Source: Mobula hypostoma (Eukaryota). Taken from it: 64,000 nt of DNA. A program made the position numbers and the translations under genes. Below, piece by piece: positions 37,492 to 49,599 of this stretch. The stretch's first letter is position 1; the number at the start of each line of letters is the position of its first letter. Location: positions 33,668,001 to 33,732,000 of the forward strand of contig NC_086109.1 in NCBI RefSeq assembly GCF_963921235.1, written 5' to 3'. The notes under the pieces were generated by a model that saw nothing but the letters and a program-made list of their open reading frames with translations, was not told where the DNA came from and ran no database searches.

Positions 37492-39033
37492 GAGAAAGGA
37501 TCTAGTCCTTTCCTGGTGTATATGATGAATAAACTCTTCTCGGGCTTCTGGCCGGGTACAGGTATTGATTATAACTTATGTTTCAATGACAAACTCCACC
37601 ACCTTATTCAGGATTGTTGCCTTGGCATGCCTAGTCCGCTGGTAGTTATATCCCCGTAGTCTGTCCCTCCTGATGGGTAGTCCTCAATCAATCCAGTTTC
37701 CGTTCTCTCACTTTGTTTACAATCTAATTCCAGATCTTACTCACAGCAAGACCTTTGTCTTTGCTAAAATTCATTTCCTCTAGTTTTATTTCAATGGCTT
37801 CCTTTACCAGGCAGTCCCAAAAGCCACTGGCATGACACAGTAGTTTTGTGCCGTTGGAGTCAATCCTATGGCTATTGTGAATGCAGTGGTCTTCATTCCG
37901 CGGATTTCTCTGGGTAACCCAAATGGATACACCTCCTATGCTCCTTGATACGGGTTTCCAACGTGCGTCCCGTCTGGCCAATCTACGCTGCTCCTCATTT
38001 GCAGGGAATCCTGTAAACACCAGGCTATCTTTGACCTGCATAAGCAGTCATTTGAGCTTCCTTACAGGTTTATGGACGGTATTAATCTGGTATTTCTTCA
38101 GGATCCTGGCAAACATTCCAGAAACTGTGGAAATATAGGGAAGACGTGCAGTAGTGATTGGTTCCTCCTCCTTCTTAGATTTCCTGATTTTTCCGTTGGC
38201 CCTGATTGATTTCCTTCACCTTGTAGCCATTCTACAGTAACATCATGCGTAATCATCTTATTTCCTCAGTGAAATTCTCTGGGTCTGAAATAGTTTTTGC
38301 ATGGTTAATCAAAGTAGAACTAACTGTTCTATGTTGGGAGTAACTACGGTGGCTATTATTGTTGAGGTGTAGATCCATGTGAGTGGGTTTCTGATAGATG
38401 CCATGTCTGAGGCTACTGTCTGGTTTTCATCATAGTGGAACATCCAGGAACAGAAGGGAAACGTTCTTCTCCAACTCCATCATAAATTGAATGTTTGGAT
38501 GTATACTGTTCAGACAGTCTGGAACTTTTGGAGTGCTTGGAGTCTATGAGGCCACTCTGCGAATCCTGGTGTTTACATGATTCCCTGTGAATGTGGAGAA
38601 GCGTATATCGGCCAAACGGGACGCACCGTGGAAACTTGCATCAAGGAGCACAGGAGGTGTATCTGTTTGGGTTACCCGGAGAAATTGGCGGTAGCAGAAA
38701 ACTGCATTTGCAATGGCCATAGGATTGCCTTTGACAGCACAAAACTACCGTGCCTCACCAATGGCCTTTGGGACTGCCCGATGAAGGAAGCCGTTGAAAT
38801 AAAACTAGAGGAAAAGAATTTTGACAAAGGTGAAGGTCTTTTTCTAAGTAAGAGCTGGAATTCAGTTGTAAACAAGGTGGGAGAATAGAAACCTGATTGG
38901 ATGAGGACTGACCAATCAGGAGGGATGGACTAGAAATGCTTAGGCATCAGTACTGAAGAAGAAGACAGAGTTTGTCATCGAAACGTCGGTTATAATCAAT
39001 ACCTGTACCCAGCTGGAAGCCGGAGAACAGTTT
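37492..39033. mobile_element. Penelope-like element (family 2): inverted pair, minus copy 37525-38555 (RT C-terminus + GIY-YIG + tail) and plus copy 38560-39033 (GIY-YIG + tail)
   Basis: NPGVYMIPCECGEAYIGQTGRTVETCIKEH...KEAVEI...NFDKGEG (38577..38888); homologous minus ORF 37724..38041; antisense FTMELEKN.SLLFLDV...YQKPTH; TSD ATGCACCCTTGA/ATGCACTCTTGA at 37480-37491 and 39034-39045. Confidence 0.9.
38946..38993 (+). ncRNA. Minimal hammerhead ribozyme motif (Penelope family 2), stems partly decayed
   Basis: CTGAAGA (38953-38959), stem II GAAGACA...TGTCATC, GAAAC-GTC (38980-38987); more decayed antisense copy at ~37573-37616. Confidence 0.55.
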
Positions 39034-39844
39034 ATGCACTCTTGACGTTCAAGGAGGAGATGTTATTTCCAATCTACACAGACTGTGGTCTCCAAGTGAG
39101 GAAATTAAGGATCCAATTGCAGATGGAGGTGCAGAGGCCCAGGTTTTAGAGATTGTTGATTAATACTGAGAGTATGATTATGTTGAGCACTGAGCTGTTA
39201 TCAATAAACAGCAGCCTGACATAGGAATTTTTATTGTCCCGTGATCCAAGGACGAGTGGAGAGCCAGTGAGATTGCATCCACAGTAGACTTATTGTGGTG
39301 ATAGGCAAGTTACAGCAGATCCAGGTTCCTGCTTGTGGCTATCTTTTATCTTCTCACGCCGTGTACGTATTCTGGTGGAAATATTCCATGGAGTATGGAG
39401 AACCCAACAGTCCTGGCACTCCCAGCAGGATTATCATAGCCAGCATCTTCCAATCTGCTCAGAATTATGCAATTGGACTTAGTGTTTTAGGTAAAAGACC
39501 CTTCAGCAGACACACCTGGCTACTTGACTAGAACTCAGCCTAATTTTTGTATTCTTCTGCTCTCACACCTTAAGCCTATATTGCTTGTTTTAACATTATG
39601 CTTCAACAATGCTGAAATATTACCCTATCGGTGATAGTTCCTTTATCTCATGCACCCTTCCCTCTCACTACACAATTTTAATCTAACTTGTTTTCTCACT
39701 TTCCCAGCTCTGAGTCTTCAAACATAAACATTAACTCTGTTTCTCTCTCCACAGATGTTACCTGATCAGCTAAGTCTTTCCAGCATGATAACGCACTATG
39801 ATCAAACAAGAGAAAATCTGCAGATGCTGGTGATGATTGTTAAT

Positions 39845-40272
39845 GTCTCTGGGCGTGTACTAGCTGGAATTTAGAAGAAAGGGGCAGGGGAATCTCATCG
39901 AAACCTATCAGATATTGAAAGGTCTGGATAGAATGAACAGGGAGAGTTTCCAAATTGTGGGCGAGTCTAGGACCAGAGGGCATAACTTCAGAATACAAGG
40001 ATGTCTCTTTAGAACAGAATTAGGAGGAATTTATTTGGCCAGAAAGTAGTGAAACGTGGAATTCTTTGCTAGAGATGGCTGTGGAGGTCAAGTCATTGGA
40101 TATATTTAAAGCAGATATTGATAGCTTCTTGATTAATAAGGGCATCAAATGTTACAGGGAGAAAGCAGAAGAATGGATTGAAGGGGATAATAAACCAGCC
40201 ATGGTCTAATGGTGGGAAAGGCCTGATGGGCTGAATGGCCTAATCTGCCCCTACATCTTATGGTCTTGTGGT
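39845..40272 (+). mobile_element. CR1 3' end, flanked by Penelope-type tail remnants
   Basis: GAATTTAGAAGA...GAGTCTAGGACCAGAGGGCA...GGCTGTGGAGGTCAAGTCATTGG; CTTATGGTCTTGTGGT tail. Confidence 0.85.
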
Positions 40273-40567
40273 CATTTTCATTTTTTATTTCAGACTTCCA
40301 GCGTTTGCAGTTTGTTGATTTTCTGTTACCATAACACTCTATTGCTCTCCTCCACGTGAGCTTATCTCGTCTTTCATGAGAGATATCCGCACTATTTGTC
40401 CTGCTCTCTGGATGCTTTCTGTAAATCCTAACTGGTTTCTTGGTGATTATTTCACATGAACATTCTTACATTCTCTTCACACCAAACTGTGATAAATTCA
40501 CCTTTCATCACTGTTGAATGCAGACAAGAGGTTTAATCATCGGTACGCCAACTTCAATGGCTGATAC

Positions 40568-40912
40568 ACCATGTATAAATTCACCAGTGATACAAATGTT
40601 GTTGGCAGAATCTCTGACCTCCTCATCATCAAGGACATCTCATTAAGGATCCTTATCAGTTATGCCCTCTTTGCTTTAATATCATCAGGGAAGAGGTGCA
40701 GGAGCCTGAAGACCCACGCTCAACAATTGAGAAACAGTTTCTTCCCATATGCTGACAGACTTCTGAAAGGTTCATGAACCCGTGAACTCTATCTCACTAT
40801 TCAACTTTTGCACTATTTATTTATTTTGTAATTTTTACGTCTTACGGTGACTGCTGCTGCAAAATCACAAGTTTCATGACATATATCAGTGATAATAAAC
40901 CTGAATCTGACT
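40568..40912 (+). mobile_element. Rex1-type fragment with internal deletion
   Basis: ORF 40571..40777 (YKFTSDTNVVGRIS joined to YALFALISSGKRCRSLKTH...NSFFP); GATAATAAACCTGAATCTGA tail. Confidence 0.8.
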
Positions 40913-41269
40913 CAGCTGGGTTGCGTTATCTTGGATTATACCATATTTCGTGAGTGTTGTTGCTCCTGTGCTTATCTAACTGAACATAGAATATCCCATT
41001 GCATTCTGATTTGTGCATTGTGCATAGTGGTAAGGTTTGGAGGGAACAGAGTCAATCACTGCTGAATACCTAACTTCTGACTTGCACTTGCTGCCACTGT
41101 TATGAAGTATCTGGTCTTGTTAAATTATGATCAGTGTTGATTCAAAGAAATTGCGGACAGGGGATCTACCAGTGGCTACTCCTTTAGTATGAGGAGATCA
41201 TTATCTGCTTTTTGGAGATGATTGCATTCTGCTCCTGCAGTTGGAGATGGTAGAATGAGGGAGGAAGTA

Positions 41270-41760
41270 GTGTTGATTCCAGAGATGGGGGTTTAGACTA
41301 TGAGGAGAGATTGAGTTGCCTGGGACTGTACTCACTGGAATTCAGAAGAATGAGAGGAGATCTTAGAAACATGTAAAATTATGAAAGGGATAGATAAGAT
41401 AGGGGCAGGAAAGTTGTTACTACTAGTAGGTGAAACTGGAACTAGGGGATATAGCCTCAGGATTCGGGGCAGTAAATTTAGGATGGAGATGAGGAGGAAC
41501 TGCTTTTCCCAGAGGGTGGTGAATCTGTGGAATTCTCTGCCCAAAGAAGCAGTGGAGGCTACTTCAGTGAATATATTTAATACAAGGTTGGATAGATTTT
41601 TGGATAGTAGGGGAATTAAGGGTTATGGGGGAAAAGGCAGGTATGTGGAAATGAGCCCATGGTCAGACCAGCCATGATCTTATTGAATGGCGGAGCAGGC
41701 TCGATAGGCCAGATGGCCAACTCCTGCTCCTATTTCTTATGCTCGTACGTTCTTATGTTC
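41270..41760 (+). mobile_element. CR1 3' end
   Basis: ORF 41381..41677 (TRGYSLRIRGSKFRMEMRRNCFSQRVVNLWNSLP); TTCTTATG tail. Confidence 0.92.
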
Positions 41761-42231
41761 CAGTAGTTGAGGATGAGGTAATGGATTCAGTAGTATGCTG
41801 AACCTGTTGTGGGTGGGATAGGAAGTTTTATCCTAACGGCTTATTGTTCCCCAGTGCTATGCAGCTACCTTGTCCTCCTCTTAGGAGATGCATCCTCTTT
41901 TGCCAGCCTGCACATGTGTTCCTCTGCATCATACCTTTCTTTGAGTTTGGAGCTCATCTGGTTTATTAACATTTGAAGTATGCTGCACACTAAAACTTTC
42001 TGTAAAGTTTTCATCTTATATTTGAAAGTCTACAAAATGTTTTATAAATCGTAAGCAGTATAGGCATCTAATAGGAGCTGACAGCATGGTCATTGGTTGG
42101 GTATCAAACTCTTAATGCGCAGTAATAGGAGGTTTAGGTAGATGGGCAATCCAACTGGAGTCCAAGGATGTGAGGTATTTGGCAATATTGGCCAGACAGG
42201 AATGGCAGTGGGAGAAGTTGGTGAGAACTTC

Positions 42232-43620
42232 CATTGTATTGGGTTATTATTGTCACATGTATCAAGAAACAGTGAAAAGCTTGTCATGCATACTGTTCAT
42301 ATTGATCAAATCATTACACAGTGTATTGAGGTAGATCAAGGTAAAACAATAACACTGCAGAACAAAGTGTAATTACTTTGTTCTAGTTTACATTAGTGAA
42401 CAGGAAATAACATTAAGCAAACATGATCTTGGACAGCTACAGAGAAATGCAGTGCAAGTAATTGACGAAGTGCAAGGTGATAGTGAGGTTGATTGTGAGG
42501 CCTCGAGACCATCTTCTTGTACAAGAGGCCTGTTCAAGAGTCTGATAACAGTGGGATAGAAACTGTCCTTAAGCCTGGTGGTGTGTGCTTTCAGGTTTTT
42601 GTAAGTCCTGCTCGATGTGAGAGAATATCTGGGGTGGGTGGGTCTTTCGGCTTTTATACTGAGGCAGTGAGAAATATAGAGAGAGTCCATAGAGGGGAGC
42701 ACAAGGAATTCTGCAGATGCTGGAAATTCAAGCAACACACATCAAAGTTGCTGGTGAACGCAGCAGGCCAGGCAGCATCTCTAGGAAGAGGTACAGTCGA
42801 TGTTTCAGGCCGAGACCCTTTGTCAGGACTTCTATGGAACCCTTTGTTCCATAGAGGGGAGGTTAGTTTCTGCGATGTGCTAAGTTGTGTCCCAAACTCT
42901 CTGCAGTTTCTCACAGTCATGTGCAGAGCAGCTGCCATATCAGGCTGTTATGCAGTCAGCTAGAAAGCTTTCTGTCGTGCATTGAAATAATTGCTAAGGG
43001 TTGACAGGGACATGCCAATTTTTTCAGCCTCCTGAGGACGTAGAGGCATTGGTGAGCATTCTTGGTCATGCCATCAACTTGGTTGGAGCAGGACAGGTTA
43101 GGGGTGAGGTTTCCTAGGAAATTGAAGCCTCAACCTTCTCAACCTCAACACAGTTGATGTAAACAGAAGCATGTGCACTGCCATCCTTCCTGAAGTCAAT
43201 GACCAACTCTTTTGCTGAAATTGTGTTGCCATCACAGCATATCACTGAACTCCTTATCTCCTTCTTGTAGTCTGATGGCCTACTAAAGTGGCGTCATCCG
43301 CAAACTTGTGGATGGAACTAAAGCAGAATCTGACCACCCATTCAAGAGGGTACAGAGGCTGGAGTAGGGGGCTGAGGATACAATCTTGTGGAGCACCTGT
43401 GCTTAGAATAATTGTGGTGGAAGTGTTACTGCCTATCCTTACTGATCACAGTCTGTTGGTCAGGAAGTCAAGGATCCAATTGTAGATGGAGGGATTGACT
43501 CCAGGGTCCAGAGTTTGGTGATGCTTGCCTAGAATTATAATCTTAAAATCAATAAACAATAGCCTGATATAGGTGTCTTTCCTGTCCAGATGCTCCAGAG
43601 GTGATTCCAGGGTCAGGGAA
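42232..43620 (-). mobile_element. Rex1/Babar LINE RT-3' fragment
   Basis: YKNLKAHTTRLKDSFYPTVIRLLN (42388..42738); antisense HKFADDAT at ~43288-43311 and GAPQDCILSPLL at ~43360-43400. Confidence 0.85.
42700..42847 (-). mobile_element. 148-bp Penelope-derived mini-insertion (hammerhead + tail)
   Basis: Near-identical to 53010-53138; 14-bp TSD TCCATAGAGGGGAG at 42686-42699 and 42848-42861. Confidence 0.9.
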
Positions 43621-43710
43621 TGAATACTTTGCCCTGAAAATTTTCTAAGGGAAATATATACACTTCTGCTACTTCCAAAATAACAGCTTTATAATTTTAC
43701 ATTCATCATA

Positions 43711-46700
43711 CATCTGTACAGGAGAGACGGGTTACACTTGAACTACAAGGGGACCAATATCATTTCAGGGAGGTTTGTTAGTGCTATTGGGGAGGCTTTA
43801 AACTAGATTTGCAGGGGGATGGGAACCAGAGTGACAGAGCTGACAGTGTGGCTGGGGTGAAAATAAATGATGTTAAAAGTTCAAGCAAATCCGCTAATAG
43901 AAAGGTTGTGAGTGGTGGTAAAAATCTTCTGAGGTGTATATATTTCAATGCTAGGAGTATTGCGGGGAAGGCGGATGAGTTGACGGCGTGGATTGACACG
44001 TGGAATTATGATGTTGTAGCAATTAGTGAAACTTGGCTACAGGAGGGGCAGGACTGGCAGCTTAATATTCCAGGGTTCCGATGTTTCAGATGTGATCGAG
44101 GCAGAGGAATGAAAGGTGGGAGAGTAGCATTGCTTGTTAGGGAAAATATTACAGCAGTGCTCAGGCAGGACAGATTAGAGGGCTTGTCTACTGAGTCCTT
44201 ATGGGTGGAACTGAGAAACAGGAAAGGTATGGCCACATTAGTGGGATTGTATTACAGACCACCAAATAGTCAAAGAGACTTGGAAGAGCAAATCTGCAGA
44301 GAGATAGCAGGCAACTGCAGGAAACATAAAGTTGTGGTGGTAGGGGATTTTAATTTTCCATATATTGATTGGGACTCCCATACTGTTAGGGGTCTAGATG
44401 GTTTAGAGTTTGTAAAATGCATTCAGGAAAGTTTTCTAAATCAATATATAGAAGGACCAACTAGAGGGGATGCAATATTGGATCTCCTGTTAGGAAACAA
44501 GTTAGGACAAGTGACAGAAGTCTGTGTAGGGGAGCGATTTGGTTCCAGTGATCATAACACCATTAGTTTCAATTTGATCATGGACAAGGATAGATCTGGT
44601 CCTAGGGTTGAGGTTCTGAACTGGAAGAAGGCCAAATTTGAAGAAATGAGAAAGGATCTAAAAAGCGTGGATTGGGACAGGTTGTTCTCTGGCAAAGATG
44701 TGATCGGTAGGTGGGAAGCCTTCAAAGGAGAAATTTTGAGAGTGCAGAGTTTGTATGTTCCTGTCAGGATTAAAGGCAAAGTGAATAGGAATAAGGAACC
44801 TTGGTTCTCAAGGGATATTGCAACTCTGATAAAGAAGAAGAAGAAGGAGTTGTATGAAATGTATAGGAAACAGAGAGGAAATCAGGTACTTGAGGAGTAT
44901 AAGAAGTGCAAGAAAATACTTAAGAAAGTAATCAGGAGGGCTAAAAGAAGACATGAGGTTGCCTTGGCAGTCAAAGTGAAGGATAGCCCAAAGAGCTTTT
45001 ACAGGTATATTAAGAGCAAAAGGATTGTAAGGGATAAAATTGGTCCTCTTGAAGATCAGAGTGGTCAGCTATGTGCGGAACCAAAGGAAATTGGGGAGAT
45101 CTTAAATAGGTTTTTTGCGTCTGTATTTACCAAGGAAACTGGCATAAAGTCTATGGAATTAAGGGAATCAAGTAGTGAGATCATGGAAACTGTACAGATT
45201 GAAAGGGAGGAGGTGCTTGCTGTCTTGAGGAAAATTAAAGTGGATAAATCCCTGGGACTTGACAGGGTGTTCCCTCGGACCTTGAAGGAGACTAGTGTTG
45301 AAATTGCGGAGGCCCTGGCAGAAATATTTAAAATGTCGCTGTCTACCGGTGAGGTGCGGGAGGATTGGAGAGTGGCTCATGTTGTTCCATTGTTTAAAAA
45401 AGGATCGAAAAGTAATCCGGGAAATTATAGGCCAGTAAGTTTAACGTCAGTAGTAGGTAAGTTATTGGAGGGAGTACTAAGAGACAGAATCTACAAGCAT
45501 TTGGATAGACAGGGACTTATTAGGAAGAGTCAACATGGCTTTGTGCGTGGTAGGTCATGTTTGACCAATCTATTGGAGTTTTTCGAGGAGGTTACCAGGA
45601 AAGTGGATGAAGGGAAGGCAGTGGATATTGTCTACATGGACTTTAGTAAGGCCTTTGACAAGGTCCCGCATGGGAGGTTAGTTAGGAAAATTCAGTCGCT
45701 AGGTATACATGGAGAGGTGGTAAATTGGATTAGACATTGGCTCAATGGAAGAAGCCAAAGAGTGGTAGTAGAGAATTGCTTCTCCGAGTGGAGGCCTGTG
45801 ACTAGTGGTGTGCCACAGGGATCAGTGCTGGGTCCATTTTGTTATTTGTCATCTATATCAATGATCTGGATGATAATGTGGTAAATTGGATCAGCAAATT
45901 TGCTGATGATACAAAGATTGGAGGTGTAGTAGACAGTGAGGAAGCTTTTCAGAGCCTGCAGGGGGACTTGGACCAGCTGGAAAAATGGGCTGAAAAATGG
46001 CAGATGGAGTTTAATACAGACAAGTGTGAGGTATTGCACGTTGGAAGGACAACCAAGGTAGAACATATAGGGTTAATGGTAAGGCACTGAGGAGTGCAGT
46101 AGAACAGAGGAATCTGGGAATACAGATACAAAATTCCCTAAAAGTGGTGTCACAGGTAGATAGGGTCGTAAAGAGAGCTTTTGTTACATTGGCCTTTATT
46201 AATCAAAGTATTGAGTATAAGAGCTGGAATGTTATGATGAGGTTGTATAAGACATTGGTGAGGCTGAATCTGGAGTACTGTGTTCAGTTTTGGTCACCAA
46301 ATTACAGGAAGGATATAAATAAGGTTAAAAGAGTGCAGAGAAGGTTTACAAGGATGTTGCCAGGACTTGAGAAACTCAGTTACAGAGAAAGGTTGAATAG
46401 GTTAGGACTTTATTCCCTGGAGCGTAGAAGAATGAGGGGAGATTTGATAGAGGTATATAAAATTATGATGGGTACAGATAGAGTGAATGCAAGCAGGCTT
46501 TTTCCACTGAGGCAAGGGGAGAAAAAAACCAGAGGACATGGGTTAAGGGTGAGGGGGGAAAAGTTTAAAGGGAACATTAAGGGGGGCTTCTTCACACAGA
46601 GAGTTCTGGGAGTATGGAATAAGCTGCCAGATGAGGTGGTAAATGCAGGTTCTTTTTTAACATTTAAGAATAAATTGGACAGACACATGGATGGGAGGTG

Positions 46701-46822
46701 TATGGAGGGATATGGTCCATGTGCAGGTCAGTGGGACTAGGCAGAAAATGGTTCGGCACAGCCAAGAAGGGCCAAAAGGCCTGTTTCTGTGCTGTAGTTT
46801 TCTATGGTTTCTATGGTTCTAT
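43711..46822 (+). mobile_element. CR1 LINE: end of ORF1 (SGNH esterase), complete-length ORF2 with few frameshifts, 3' UTR
   Basis: LYRRDGLHLNYKGTNI...EALN* (ORF1 end at 43806); ORF 43809..45884 (691 aa: YFNARS, ISETWL, YRPPNS, GDFN, SSDHN, YMDFSKAFDKV, SGVPQGSVLGP); KFADDTK in 45839..46090; 46144..46740; (TTCTATGG)n tail. Confidence 0.97.
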
Positions 46823-46829
46823 ATTTAGT

Positions 46830-47092
46830 TGTTTAATTATTTTATTTTATTGGAGATACAGTGTGGAACCAATGGTCAAACAAGCTGCAATACTCAGCAA
46901 CCCACTTATTTAATCCTAGCTAATCACAGGACAATTTACAATGACCAATTGACCGGCAAAGCAGAATGTGGGAGGAAACTGGATCACCTGCAGGAAACAC
47001 ATGCAGTCATAGGGAGAAGGCATAAACTCCCTACAGACAGTGCCAGAGATGAACCATGAACTCCAATGCCCAGAGTGGTAATAGTGCCATGC
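46830..47092 (-). mobile_element. V-SINE/HE1-like SINE
   Basis: AATGTGGGAGGAAACTGGATCACCTGCAGGAAACACATGCAGTCATAGGGAGAAGGCATAAACTCCCTACAGACAG, antisense of the V-SINE core. Confidence 0.75.
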
Positions 47093-48138
47093 TGGACCAG
47101 CTGGAGAAACGAGCTGAAAAATGGCAGATGAATTTAATGCAGACACTTTGAGAGGACAAACAGGGGTAGGATTTACATGGTGAGCAGCAGGGCACATTGG
47201 CCTTCATAAATCAAAGTATTGAGTACAGGAGTTGGGATGATATGTTGAAATTGTATAAGACATTGGTGAGGCCTAAATTGGAATAATGTGTGCAGTTTTG
47301 GCCACCTACCTACAGGAAAGATGTCATTAAGATTGAGAGAGTGCAGAAAAAATTTACAAGGAGATTGAGGACCTGAGGTATAGGAAAAATTGAATTGGTT
47401 AGGACTTTATTTCAAAGGTCAAAGATTAATTTATTATCCAAGTATACAACTCTGTAATTCTTCTTCTCCAGATAGCCACGAATCCAAGAAAGAAATGAAC
47501 AGTAAAATGATTATCATCCCCGAAGTCCCTCCTCCCTGCACAAAAAAAAGAACAAGAACAGAACAACACATTGACCCGCTCCCCCCACCCCACCAAATCC
47601 CCCACCCCCAAACACAAAAACAGCATGAGAAAGATCAGGCAAAAAATACAGAATACAAAAAGAACCATAAGATTGAAAAGAAGTCCGCATTCCAAGTCCA
47701 CATTCAAAATGCAGAAAACCTCATTCTCCCTCTCTGTAGCAGAGCAATCTCACCAGTGATAAAAATGGAGAGTAGAAGAATGAGGGGAGATTTGATAGAG
47801 GTATACTAAATTATGATAGTTACAGTAGGATAAATATATGCAGGCTTTTTGCACTGAGGTTGGATGAGACTAGAACTAGAGGTCATGGGTTAGGGGTGAA
47901 AGGTGAAATGTTTTAGGTGAACATAAGGGGATATATCAAAAGGTGGTGAAAGTGTGGAGTGAGTTGACAGCTTAAGTGGTGGATGCAGATTTGATTTCAT
48001 CATTTAAGTGAAATTTGGATAGGTACATGGGATGGGTATGGTCTGGGAGTAGGTCTATGTCACCTGGCAGATTAATAGTTCGGCACAGGCTAGATGGGCT
48101 GATGGGCCTGTTTCTGTACTGTGGTTTTCTATGACTCG
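47092..48138 (+). mobile_element. CR1 3' fragment with a ~350-bp minus-strand SINE-like insert (47411-47765)
   Basis: GGTTAGGACTTTATT (to 47411) resumes as TGGAGAGTAGAAGAATGAGGGGAGATTTG (47766); insert begins with TTCAAAGGTCAAAGATTAATTTATTATC (antisense Rex-type tail). Confidence 0.8.
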
Positions 48139-48694
48139 ATACATTAATAGGCCCTCCACAATTATTATGTTAACCATGAATAACGAAGACTGTCATGAAA
48201 GCAATTGAGGTCATGATATACTGTATGTAGTAATGTTCCAGCTTGCAAGAATGCTGTATTAGCTCTGAGAAGTTTCATACTGAACTATGCCAGGTGAATA
48301 AACAGTTGAAAGGGATGTAAAATCCAAAAACTGTAACAGGTCACTGCAAGGGAAAACAAACAATTTTATTTGACTCAGTCATTATATTTGAATTTTACAG
48401 ATTAAAAAGCATAAGCATTGGATTGACCTGATTCTCCTTTATCTTCTGTCATATCTGAGCACGTAAACATTACCAAGGAATATAAATTAAAAATAATTTT
48501 CATCAATTTTATTTTAATGCTTTAGTAATTGACATTTCAGTACAGTCTGTTCATGGTTAGCATTCTTTGCCTTTTAGTAACAAGTGAGTAAACTAGACCA
48601 TTGCCTAATTTCTCTATTTCAATGTGTTTGCAATTAGTGGCTGGAAATTTATTAAAGCCTGCTAACTTTATTTTTTCATCTTAACCAACAACAG

Positions 48695-48827
48695 AGCTGC
48701 AAGGCTACTCCTTCATCTTGAATCTTTCATCACTCAGGATCCCACAGGAGAACCGGTCTGTAACCTTAGCTGGTCAGTACACAACCTTCGGAAACAACGC
48801 TGCCAATTTTCAACAGCAAGTTTCAGA
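48695..48827 (+). other. Candidate exon B (133 nt), product not recognised
   Basis: Branch-point-like TGCTAAC (48660-48666), T-rich tract, CAG acceptor (48692-48694), donor GA|GTGAGT (48828); GC content above the AT-rich unique flanks; two frames open (LQGYSFILNLSSLRIPQENRSVTLAGQYTTFGNNAANFQQQVS or AARLLLHLESFITQDPTGEPVCNLSWSVHNLRKQRCQFSTASFR). Confidence 0.55.
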
Positions 48828-49599
48828 GTGAGTATAAAAAACTGGCAACATTTCATACTCTAAGTTAGCTCAAAACATTTCTTATCCAATGAATTAAAAG
48901 TACAGCCAGAATTGTTTTATGGGTAAGCATGGAAAAACCTCAAGAGCAGTCTTTTTTTGCAAGTGTTTTAGGTGGCGTATAAGGAGAATTGTGTTTTGAT
49001 TGGTGACAAAGGAATATTTTAACTTCATCTAAAATGCAGCATATTTTCTGTAATGCACTGAGCTATCAGTATGGACTATTTACTCAGTGCCTGAGGTCCA
49101 CCAATAACCCGTGTTCTTCTGACTCACAGCAAGCAGAGTTCATCAAATCAAAGAACCGTATATTTGTTTCATTCCTGGTCTCATCCCTTTTCTCTCTCTC
49201 TGTTGAGACACTTCATTTTTCCTGTACTTTTCCATCTCTTTATCATACAAGGTTTGAGAATTCTCACTTACACTGGCTCCCAGCACCAACCTCCTCCTCT
49301 TGGTTCTCGATAAGTTAAATATTACTGTCTCAACATCTCTTTGATGGAAGATGTAGAAACCTTGTGGAGACCATGTTCAGATTTGTGTCTCTAGGTTATG
49401 AGTTATTGGAGGGATGATTTAAGTATCCCTTCAATGTTATAGCAAGGAGCAAGGAAAATCCAAATGAGGATTCCAACCCAAATTCCCGTTCAACCTGCTA
49501 GGCTTGTGTAAGGTGTTACATTTCATTCTGGATATTATGGTCTTACATTCAGAACATTCTTGTTAGATACAAACAAGAGCCTTCAAAGCGGGAGCCCAC

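Larger units (their letters stand above)
36660..39330 (-). mobile_element. Rex1/Babar LINE RT-3' fragment split by a Penelope insertion
   Basis: ORFs 36737..36952 (ASIIKDPHLPVHALFALLPSRRRYR), 37019..37216 (FKFLDVNIS); RT resumes at 39046-39330. Confidence 0.88.

Noticed and set aside
43809..45884. 691-aa ORF as a host gene or active RT
   Set aside because: It is CR1 ORF2, frameshifted just before the FADD motif and lacking the element's 5' end.
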